Shown here: piece by piece, positions 47,101 through 57,600 of the stretch
Numbering within the stretch: position 1 is the first letter of the stretch
How the letters are laid out: each line of letters opens with the position of its first letter
Assembly (NCBI RefSeq): GCF_037042905.1
Contig: NC_087251.1
Location: 2,728,001 to 2,792,000 of the forward strand
Reading direction: 5' to 3'
DNA: 64,000 bases
Origin: Lytechinus pictus
Taxonomy: Eukaryota
The notes under the pieces: generated by a model
What the model was told of the DNA's origin: nothing
Databases searched by the model: none
Seen by the model: only the letters and a program-made list of their open reading frames with translations
Program-made: the position numbers and the translations under genes

Positions 47101-49043
47101 GGAGATCCTCCCATTGGCAATGCGACCAAGATCTATGATGTCACAGATGAACAACTCTCCCCTTTTGGACACTGAAAATATACCCCAAAACATCTCTTTT
47201 TGCTCATTCTAATCATATGACAAACGATTCATCAATGATATAATGTTGTGAAACCTCTGTACTTGTCCTCTCATAAAGAGAACACCTCACCTTGTGATAG
47301 ACTCTATAAAATTGAGAATATAAGTGAAATAAGTACTAAAGTAACGAGGGAGTTGTACGTGTGTGACATCAAAGATCTTGGTCGCATTGCCAATAGGAGG
47401 ATCTACATGGCATTAGTGATCTCAATATTCAAATGCTCATAACTTTTTTATTATTCATTCAATCTTCCTCAAACTTTCAACAATATGTTTCTTTGATTTT
47501 TCTCTTTGATATGGATTCAGCTGGTTTTGAGGGTTTCATTCTCCTTTAATGTTTTAAGCTTATGTGTATTTTAGTCTATATGTATCATACCTTTCAACAT
47601 TTAATAATGAAATATTATTATTATTATTGTTTACCATTGTTACCTGGATGCAGACTTATGGGGTGTTTCACCAAGAGTTAAGTGTGAATTTGAGTTGCAC
47701 TTAGATGTCATTTGCATGTGGTATATAATACATATCATCAATGGTCAATATAATACATGTACATCTCATTCACACCGGTCCCACACTACTGCATATAAAT
47801 CAATCAGATTATGTGTTCAATAACATGCGTGTTGGCTCTAAGTTACAATTTAATCTTTGTGAAACATTCCCCTGAAGTGATAGTTTGAAGTGAGACGTTT
47901 CAAAGGTAGCAGAGTGACTGAAAAGGGTGGGGGGGCAGAGCTTTGACCATTTGCCATTGTAAACAGTGCACTGGAGTGTATATTGGTTCAAAGAGATCAA
48001 AAGTCATGTACTAACTTAATGGTTCAATCAGGTCACATTGTAAATTAACTTGCAATATTCTACTTGAATTCTTGAGTATGAATTAGGATGGAAACATGGT
48101 CAGTAGCTTCTCTGTGGAGACCTCAGAGTGTACATGTAGTCCGTGATCAAGGTCATGTAAATTTGTCAAATATCTATTAAAAAAAAACACTTTACACACT
48201 TATAAAATCTGCAAAATTCTCAGTATCTTGTAGCTCTTGATGAATTGTAATATGAGCCATGCTATTGTTTGTGTTTATAGGGAAGACAGACTTCAAACCT
48301 GGCTTCTGGGTCGGTGTACAATATGATGAACCTCTAGGCAAGAATGATGGCAGGTTAGTCTTATATATTCTGATAAAAAATCATATTATTACCCCCATTT
48401 ATTAACAAGATGATCAGCTTTTATGTTATGCCGTCATAGCCATTTCTTTCTTTCCCTGCATGAATCCAGCAAATGCATTTTCATCACTTATCCTCACATT
48501 TCATCAGACCAAACAATTTCAAACTGTTGAGCGAAGATGGTCTTATTAGATTTTGAGGTCATTTTTTAAGCCTTTTTTTTTAAATGTATTTTTGGATTGG
48601 CAATGGTGAAGGAATACATTTTGAGCGTGCAGTCAAGAATCTATTTTTTTCTTTTCAAATTTATTTCTATAAACTACTTATATATCTAAATTGCAGACAT
48701 TAACAAGTACATTTTACAACATTGCTTGCATTTTGAGTGTTTCTTTTATATTTATATATTTTATTTGTACATGTATGGTGCTCAGTTCTGTTCTTTTGAT
48801 TCCATAAAGTATACAATGAAAGTTTGGAGAAGTTCCTCAAATAACCAATGCCAGTTATTTTGACTTCTGCTTTCCTTTGTTTTTTATTATAAGTTTACTA
48901 AAATTATTTTCTTTATTTCATTTTCCAGTGTTGGTGGTAAGAGATACTTTGAATGCCCTCCTAAGTATGGTGGCTTTGTAAAACCTCAATACGTGACGAT
49001 AGGTGACTTTCCTGAAGAGGACCTGGATCTCGATGAAATGTAA
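40999..49043 (+). CDS. TBCB: Tubulin-folding cofactor B, 6 exons, 251 aa
   Basis: N-terminal Ubl domain (EKRF...[20 protein letters not shown]), coiled region, CAP-Gly domain with GKNDG motif, C-terminal DEM; phases consistent. Confidence 0.96.
41748..41780. repeat. Perfect 15-bp-arm palindrome
   Basis: CAAAGATGGATTTCC-CTA-GGAAATCCATCTTTG. Confidence 0.85.
42520..42662. repeat. AT-rich near-perfect palindrome (~143 bp)
   Basis: Arm AATTTATAGATAAAAATTATTATTTAACAAATACTAAAAT and its reverse complement. Confidence 0.85.
42800..43790 (-). pseudogene. CR1-clade LINE reverse-transcriptase fragment, disrupted
   Basis: [43 protein letters not shown]; frameshifts and stops. Confidence 0.88.
44126..44370. 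mobile_element. hAT-like MITE
   Basis: Imperfect TIRs CAAGGCTTCACACTA / TAATGTCAAGCCCTG; internal GGTGGCCC repeats. Confidence 0.55.
44644..44787 (+). CDS. TBCB: TBCB exon 2 (GKFELITG...MRIH)
   Basis: AG/GT bounded, Ubl domain. Confidence 0.95.
45415..45992. mobile_element. Kolobok-like MITE
   Basis: TTAA flanks, imperfect TIRs ..TTTCACTTT / AAAGTGAAA.. Confidence 0.6.
46169..46268 (+). CDS. TBCB: TBCB exon 3 (VINRD...YDKRS)
   Basis: Conserved EDVSKVEK. Confidence 0.95.
46722..46925 (+). CDS. TBCB: TBCB exon 4 (SVRAFKK...GTVKFV)
   Basis: Phase 1-1, start of CAP-Gly domain. Confidence 0.95.
46962..47545. mobile_element. Kolobok-like MITE
   Basis: TTAA TSD, TIRs AGGAGAATGAAAC, long subterminal inverted repeats. 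Confidence 0.85.
47659..47872. mobile_element. Harbinger-like MITE
   Basis: GGGGTGTTTCAC..AAGA / TCTTTGTGAAACATTCCCC termini. Confidence 0.55.
48281..48353 (+). CDS. TBCB: TBCB exon 5 (KTDFKPG...GKNDG)
   Basis: CAP-Gly GKNDG motif. Confidence 0.96.
48929..49043 (+). CDS. TBCB: TBCB exon 6 (VGGKRYFEC...DEM*)
   Basis: Terminal exon ending in TAA. Confidence 0.96.
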
Positions 49044-49270
49044 CGCTGCCATCGTTGCTAAAGGACACAGTATATTGGCATAGATTTGGTGAACTTTTAG
49101 ATTATACTTCAAATTAAATGTATTATCCTCATTTGCAACATACATGTATGTAAATGTAGCGTGGAAGTAATGTGTTGAAATGGTTTGAAATCTCTAGCTT
49201 TCTAGAGGGTCATGTTTTCAAATTCCAATAGGTAACTGGCATCAATTCACACCTGGCTGCTCTCCAACTA

Positions 49271-49630
49271 GGGCCGTTATTCAATTCAAAGTATTATATA
49301 AGTAAATTATTTAGCATTTTACCTGGCTAAGCAATATGCTTATTCAGATCACTCGTAAGAATTTCACCTTATCAAGCCAACTTCAAGCAAAATACCTGAT
49401 AATCATTGACTTCATGATGTCTGAGCCAAATAATGTGCAATGCTTGTATCCATCTGTGCATGCTAGCAAGGTTGATTCTGCATATGTACGTTTGTAAGCT
49501 GTACACTTTGAAGCAAATACTTAGCCAAAATGGCAATTAGATAGCAAAGAATGTTAAGCATTTTGATTGAGCAGAATACTGAGTAAATAATTAAAATTCT
49601 GGCTAAAAGTATTGAATTGAATACTGGCCT
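49271..49630. mobile_element. Harbinger-like MITE downstream of the TBCB stop
   Basis: TIRs GGCC.TTATTCAATTCAA / TTGAATTGAATACTGGCC. Confidence 0.65.
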
Positions 49631-49799
49631 TGGTGCTTATAGGTACCTTGTAAGATACAAATGTTGTAAATTGGAGCTTTATTTCAGTCAAAATGGATCC
49701 AGAATGCTATGGATTGAGCTTGAGATACACATAAAAAATTGAAAGCATCTGCTGGATAACAGATTAAAAAAATTAAACTTAAAACCATTTAAAGAAGAA

Positions 49800-49990
49800 G
49801 GTGGTGGGTCAGTAGTAGAGCACCCACTTCATGAATGGGAGGTTGAAGGTTCGATCTCCACCCAAGTCATACCAAAGACTTTAATACTTGGGACCTTCTT
49901 CCTTCTTGTAAGGTGCTTGATGTTTTAAGGATGGAGAAGGGTAATAATAACATATGTTATGCAGGATTGCATAAGTTATAAATGATTACC
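49800..49990 (+). mobile_element. tRNA-derived SINE fragment
   Basis: GGTTCGATCTCC B-box followed by GTCATACCAAAGACT body. Confidence 0.6.
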
Positions 49991-50194
49991 CCCAAAGGTG
50001 TCAAGCAAGGTATGATGCTGATTGAACTGTCTTTAAAAGCCATTTTTCATCCTGCTTCAATTTTTGTGAAATCTTGAATGTTGTCTACTGCCTTTAAAAT
50101 ATATGAGGAGTTTAAGGGGAATTGACTTGATCAAATATAAAGCTGCAGAGGCCCACTGATTTGACCAAATTAGAGTTTCATAAAGAGAGCAACT

Positions 50195-50917
50195 GGGCCA
50201 TGTTTCACAAAGATTTGCAAGTGATCTGATCAATCTTAACCATGGAAAGCCATCAATGTCATAATTCTTCATAGGAAAATTTACACAGCATCCATCCACT
50301 TTGAAACAAGGAACATACTGATTCTTGGGTATACATTAAAACACTTGAAAAAGTCTTGAATGGAAAGACACACATTCTAGATGTTGGCCTTGCTGGCTTT
50401 CCGTAGTTTGCATTTGATCCGATCAATTGCAAATATGGAAAGCCAGCAACACCAACATATATAATGCATGTTTGTTCAAAATATATTCTAGATATTACGC
50501 ATTTTCATACATCTATCATTTTCTTAAAAATTCAGTGTGCTTCTCCGTTAACAAAGGACATTGTGCAAATTTCCATACAGTTGAGGTTGATCAGATTAAT
50601 CATAATTCTTTGTAAAACGGGGCCCAGATCAATCGCAACTCTTTGTAAGATGGAGCGCTAGGTCCCATCATACAAAGAGTTGCAATTGATCCAATTAATC
50701 ACAACTATGGAAAGCCAGCAAAGTAAACATAAAATGCATGTATGTTTTTAAAAAATCTAGATATGAATGTATATCCATATATTCATTGATTTCTTGACAA
50801 TTTGGAGTGTTCTCCTTTGTTCACAAAGGACATTTCGAAAAATTTCCTGAAGGAAAAATTATGACACTAATGGATTTCCATAGTTACTAATGATTGGATC
50901 ACTCGTAACTCTTTGTG
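50195..50917. mobile_element. Cluster of three copies of one MITE family (further copies at 1855-2105 and 53781-54050)
   Basis: Shared ACAAAGAGTTGCRATTGATC..ATGGAAAGCCAGCAA and ATGGATTTCCATAG segments. Confidence 0.75.
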
Positions 50918-52349
50918 ATCATCAAGTACTATCATTGAGTATGAATATATTGGATTTTTTTATTCTTTCTGTAACCAATGAAAATAAGAGCATAAAAGGA
51001 AGATAGAGATTAAGCTTAAAATGTAAAGTTGTGACGAGATCATTATCAAGTTTTAGTATTTATTCAATTCTCTTTCTTATAAGTCGGTTGAAGATTGCAG
51101 TAGGTAATGTATCAAGAAACTTGTGTATTTGATTCAAACAAAATCAGTCTTTTTAAAACCTATTACTTGCGTAATACTGCTTGGAATGGTTATTCCTTTT
51201 AAATTTAATGCTCCATTACTATATAGTGACTACTTTCCCCAAAGTGATATTGATTTTTATGTAATGATTGTCTATCTAAGGGCAATTGTATTTGTATACT
51301 TTACATTCCATGATAATTTATATAAATGAATTAATAATTTACAATGTTTCAACATCATAACCATAAAGTACAATGATAGCAAGAGTGATGTACAAACCTT
51401 TTTATAAAATTGTATAAAATTTTCAAGAAGCTAACACATGTATTACTTAATTTGATGGAAAAAAAAATTCTTAGTTCATATAACCCCGTGCGAAAGAAAT
51501 ATTGAGTGGGTGATGTCATCGTTTCCCTCATTTGTATACCAACCAAGATTGGCATATCACTATTTTGTAAAATTAATCAAAACTTCAACATTTCTTAACT
51601 TTTTATTTTACTTCTGATATATAAAATTTGAATGTTGTATTTCTTTGATTGTTCTCTAATTTGAAAAAAAAATTGTTTGTGTGGACTTAGCCTTTAATGA
51701 ATGGTAATTATGTTCTGATCAAGATGTCATGTGATTGGTCAGTCAGAAGCATACTTGAAGGTTTGTAGATTTTACTGTTAAAAGTAACTTTTACAGGGCG
51801 AAATATGGTTTTGTTGAGATCAAACAATGCATGTAAAAACTGTAACACTTTATTTTTCTTCTTTCAAAAAGATGTCTATTTATTTCATATTACTTTTATA
51901 CATAATTTTAAGAAAATGTTTAAGTGGACTGTTTAACTTGGATGCTCAGTGATGTCAAATATATTATGTGTTTGCTGTTCAGTAATACTTTGTTCTAATT
52001 TGTTTCATTTTTTATTCTTCAGAGAACGAATTTGAATTCAACAATATATTCTTCAAATCTAGTGGTTGAATATTTACAGTTTTCATAATTCCCTCTTATG
52101 AAGGGTTGCTTCCTCTTCACTTTATGACAACATTCCCTCCTTCCTCTTCTTTCTCTCTTTAGTATGCTCCATGTTTAGACATACCTTGCTGCTTTCCTTC
52201 ATCACCATATCATTCAATGTAATCTTCCCTTTCCTCTTTCACCATCCACTTCTAGATCCCATGATCTTTCCATAGTTTCATCATCATCTTTCTCTGCTTG
52301 ACCCATCCATCTCAAACCACTTCAGCTTGGAATAGATGATAACTTCAGG

Positions 52350-52800
52350 GTGTTCAGAATAGTACCACTTTTTAGTTTTCGGCTTTGAATCTTGAATTCA
52401 TACTTCTCCCTTATTAAGGAACTGCACTGGTTACCTCTATTCCAACCCATCAGTTTCAACTGTTTATATGTCTACAAAATTGTTAATCATTTGACACCTG
52501 AATATCTTAATAACATCAAAGTATATACACCCTCTCGTAATCTTTGTTCAATTATTGACACTTGTAGACTTTGCATTTCCTTTGTTGAAACTCTCCTCTG
52601 CTGAAAAACGTTTTGTTGTAGCAGCTGTCAAGACTTGGAATGCCATCTCTCTTCCAATAAGAAATGCTTCTAGTATTCTTGGTTTCAAATATTCCTTTAA
52701 AACATACCTTTTTTGCCGCAACAACTCATTTTTCTATTGATCTTAAACGACTGATTGTGTTTATTATTGTAATTGTGATTATTATATTTTATAATTTGTA
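52350..52800 (+). mobile_element. L2-like LINE 3' fragment
   Basis: ELHWLP, YTPSRNL and F..AAVKTWNAI segments typical of the L2/CR1 ORF2 end. Confidence 0.65.
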
Positions 52801-54063
52801 TGTGTTATGGTACTTATTGTTTTTAGCACCTCTAACTATCCATATTTATTATTTACTAGTTCTACAAGAGTTTTCTCCAAGACAACCATTCTATGAGCTT
52901 GGGAGGAACTGTTGTGAAAGTGTTTGAGATGGATGAGTTTCCATCGTCCATCATTCAGAGTATAATTCATCAAATTTATCACCTTCTTGGTATAGACACA
53001 TTGGTAAATGATAAGTTATCAGCCACTGGCATGGGCGTACAAACATTTTCTTACACATAAAAACAAAAATGGCATAGGCGAAAGGTCATCACCATAAAAG
53101 AAATCCCCCCCCCCCCCCCATTTTCATCTCCATGTGAACTGATAATTGTTTATTAATTTAAAGTTTCAGGGTGCATTCATATCCCGTTCATATAATAAGT
53201 AATTATATTTAACATCACATTAGACATGGTAGAGATTAAAGCTCACATTCAGAAAAGAGGTTTAAGCCATTTCCTATGCAGATGACCTCCCTCAAATAAA
53301 TTTCATAAAATGTTATTGTGATTTCATTTTACATTGATTTGTACTTTTCAACTGGGCCAGATAATAATAATAATATTTGAAATTTATATAGTGCATAATA
53401 GTTAAAAGACTGCGCTTTACAAAATATATTTAATTACTAAATCATACATTAAACCTTATCTGAATTATACAATAAACCTTAATCTTAAAATACTTAATAC
53501 AAATTAGAACAAATTAAATCAGATGCAACACAAAAATAAATTAAATCAGATGTTGTTACATCACTGTTAAGTTTGTCAGAATCACGTATAATTTACTGTT
53601 TTCTTTAATTTTTGAGTAACAGAAAGTCAGAAAAATCACAAGATGGTGTATCATGAAAGTAACTTTCTATATAAATCTGATGATAGATTCTTTACTGGGA
53701 ATTATTTTCCCATGTTTAGAAGACTCGTCACTGAAACACCCAGTCCTGATTGAACTTGGAACAAGCCTGTTTCGGTCATCAGGACCCTGTCTTACAAAGA
53801 GTTGCGATTGATCCGATCATCTACAAATATGGAAAGCCAGCAACGTCAATATCTAAAATGAATGTTTGTTCAAAATTGTTTCGAGATATATGCTGTATCA
53901 TTCATACATTCATCTTTTTTTTTTTTAGGGGGGGGGATGAAATTCAGTGTGCTTTTTGTTTACAAAAGAGGTGAAAATTTCCTGTAAAATAATTATGACA
54001 TTGATGGATTTCCATAGGCCTATAGCTGAGGTTGATCGACTTTGTAAGACGAGGAGCGATGTA

Positions 54064-54619
54064 TCACACTATCTCGCAATCCTGATCGTAATGTAATATT
54101 TCCTCCCTTGCACAGGCTTGTTCAATCATTTGATGATAATAAATCACAGAAAAACACAGCTATCTTGTAATTCTGATCTTAAATCGTCCACCTTGCTTGG
54201 TACAAACTTATTCTATCATGTGATGATTCACAGAATCTCATCACTATCATGTAATTCGGCTCGTATTTTCTCCATCTTTGCCCAAGCTTGTTTTATCATC
54301 TGATGAATCACAGAAACACATCACTATCATGTAATTCGGCTCGTATTTTCTCCATCTTTGCCCAAGCTTGTTCTATCATCTGATGAATCACAGAAACACA
54401 TCACTATCTTGTGATTCGGCTCGTATTTTCTCCATCTTTGCCCAAGCTTGATCTGATGAATCACAGAAACACATCACTATCATGTAATTCGGCTCGTATT
54501 TTCTCCATCTTTGCCCAAGCTTGATCTGATGAATCACAGAAACACATCACTATCTTGTAATTCTGATCGTAACTTCTCCACCTTGGCACAGGCTTGTCGA
54601 GTCATTTGATGATGTAGAC
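54064..54619 (-). repeat. Tandem array (~7 units, 73-84 bp) of the gene B terminal coding segment
   Basis: Stop-codon positions recur at 54534, 54461, 54388, 54308, 54228 and 54144. Confidence 0.9.
54534..54619 (-). CDS. Gene B terminal exon (LHHQMTRQ...DVFL*)
   Basis: TAG acceptor, phase 1, TGA stop. Confidence 0.7.
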
Positions 54620-57600
54620 CTAATGTAGACTTGTATGCTGCAAATGGAAGTTAATGTTCATTATCTCCTATGAATACAGGAACATAATCTATCTATAATC
54701 TATCTCTACATGTAACTGTACAGTGTGTCTCAAAACCAAATCTTTCTTTTATTGAAGTATTAACATTCTTACAAGAAATCTGATTTTCTTACAAATCACT
54801 TAATCATGATCGAGGAGCACTTGTTTCCTTTTTAACTAACTATTTAACCAGGGGCGGATCCAGCCTTCGCCAATAGGGGGGCCCAGAATTTTTTTTCAGC
54901 CATATTTCCCCGATCGGCTGCTCGAAGATAATTTTTGGTTTCTTTGAAGGGGTAGTCCTAATAGTCACTTCTTAGCTTTATTCTTATAAATCAACATAAA
55001 TATATAATATCATATATCCTTGTATATAATGCGAGCGCAAAGCGCGAGCTAAATTTTTTGGAAATCTGTGTATTTTTCCTAAAATTTGAACATTCTGGGC
55101 AATGTTTGTTATCCTGAAAAAGATATGTGTATGCAATTAAATAATTACAACGAACGCGATGCGCGAGCAGAAATGAACTAATGAAAAAAGTACTCGTTAA
55201 AGACTGCATGCAGTTAGCCATGAAGACGTTATATATTTATTTTAAAATTCAAATAATGCGAGCGCGAAGCGCGAGCTGAATTTTTTTGACATTTTTACAT
55301 AACTTAAGCAGAATAGGTTTATAACTAAACATGCGAGCGCTAAGCGCAAGCGGAAAATTTCTAGATTTAGACCTACTGAACGAGACACTCTATTCATGTT
55401 ATGTAAACCATGAAAAGGATGAGTAGTTGGGGATCTTTCGTACAGTAATAATGCGAGCGCAAAGCGCGAGCAGAAAATTTTTATATACGTTTTGAACTGA
55501 TCGAAAAGGTACCTGTTAAGGACTGCTTGCACTTAGCCATGAAGACTACATATTTCAACAATCAAATAATGCGAGCGCGAAGCGCGAGCTGAAAATTTTT
55601 GACATTTCTATATAAAGAATGGAAAATTTTAATCAATTTTTTGTAATCGTGAACAGGATAGCTATATAACTAAACGCTTGATGCGAGCGGGAAAAAAAAT
55701 CGAGATTTAGACCTAAAAACGGGACACACTATTCATGATTTTTAAATCATGAAAGGAATGAGTAATAGGGGATCTTCCTACATGAATAATGCAAGCACAA
55801 AGTGCGAGCAGAAATTTTTTGATATTTTGTGATCTGAAACTGGATAATGATTTAAATAGAGAACAAGTTGAGTATCTGAATAAACATGCGCGCGTGTTTC
55901 ATATTTAGACCGAGAATCCAGCCATTCTAATCCTTTATCGTGAAAATCAAAGCGAGCGCGAAGCGCGAGCTCAAACTATTTGATATTCCGATCTGAAAGA
56001 GTCAATTTCAGCTCTATATTTCAAGCACTTCCTATTCCTCTTGCTAAGCGCGAGATGAAACAAAAAGGACAATTTAATTATCAAATTAATATCTTATTCA
56101 TTAATGCCTAATGAGGGCGCGAAATCTGATGATATTATGGCCTGAAAACTGGAGAAAAAAATTGTAATTATAAATAGGATGCATCAGTTAATATATTTTT
56201 AACCATTAATGCGAGCGCAAATTGTTAGCTCAAGGAGCTGGAAGCTCCTTGGTTAGCCAAAATTTATTCTAAACTATATGTAATGCAATTTATATTTTGA
56301 TCAATATTGAAAGTAAAAAAGACTATCATGAAAAGGGGACTTTAGAGACATACATAACTCGCCAATCAAAATGCGAGCGTGCAGCGCTAGCTGATACGTT
56401 TTGACAATCAGACCTGAAAAGGGATATTTTGACAACTTTATGGAATACACGAAAAATAGGTACCTGATAAATCAAAATTTGCGAGCGCGCAGCGCGAGCA
56501 GAAAATGTTAATATTCAGACCATAAAACTGACATTTTTACAGAGCACTTTTTAAGAATCAATTTGTAAATCACATAAAATAATGGAAGTTCGGTTTCCGA
56601 GGTGAAATATGTTTGTGTATTGACTTGACTTGATATTTAAACTCCATATTGAACAAGATATGAAAATCACCTTTACTACAGGCAATGCGAGCGCGAAGCG
56701 CGAGCGAAAATATTATATATATTGACATGACAGATTCTTTTTATTTTACAAGTCTTCTTATTTTATTCACTCGTCTTCCTCTTCTTCTTTCTCCTCTCTT
56801 TTCCCTCCTTTTTTCTTGCTTTCCCTTTTTTTCCTTTTTTTTGCTCCGCCAAAAGGGGGGCCCGGGCCCCCCCTGGATCCGCCTATGTTAACGATAAGTG
56901 TAACCAAGTGATTTGGGGGTTTGTTTTAATTGCGGATAAGCCATAAAATAACTTTCAAACTCATAGGCTATTCATCCGTGTGAAGAAAAAAAAGAAAATT
57001 TTGTTGAAAATTTGTATTTTTGCTTACTCTTAATTTTTAACAGTTTTGAATTTCAAGAATCCACTTTTATTTTCATTTTTTGAGAAACTAGAATGAACTG
57101 TGATAAAAATTTCAAAATTTTTGCTCGCTCACAACTTTTTATTGATTTTACATGATACACCATTTCGAGCCCCCTCTAAAATTTTGCCTCATTACTCCAC
57201 TATTAACGTATAAAGAAAAATAATCCACTTTTCCCCCAAACACTAGATGCATCACAGATATTGGGTAATTTACGATAAATAATGTGAATCAATCAGTCAA
57301 TCAGTTATTTTAAATACTGCGATTTTCTGTGGGCTGGGAGCCTCGCATTGTACTCTTTGATTTATTATGAATTATGATTCAATGAGTAGAACAAAGAAGA
57401 TCACAAACCTTTGGCGATGTTCTGAATAATTGGCAAAGCCTCTCGTCGAGTTTGAAGAACGATCGGGAATGGCACTGATGTATTTAATTCACGTGATAGT
57501 CGGGTGAACAGATCTAAATATCCCGGATACTTTCGCAAAGAAGAAAAAAAGAACGAAAATTAAGCAATATACTATTATTACTATCAGATTCTGATATACA

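Noticed and set aside
54849-56887. CRISPR-like interspersed palindromic repeats
   Set aside because: Spacing is irregular, spacers resemble one another, the region is bounded by TIRs, the context is a eukaryotic intron, and there are no cas genes.
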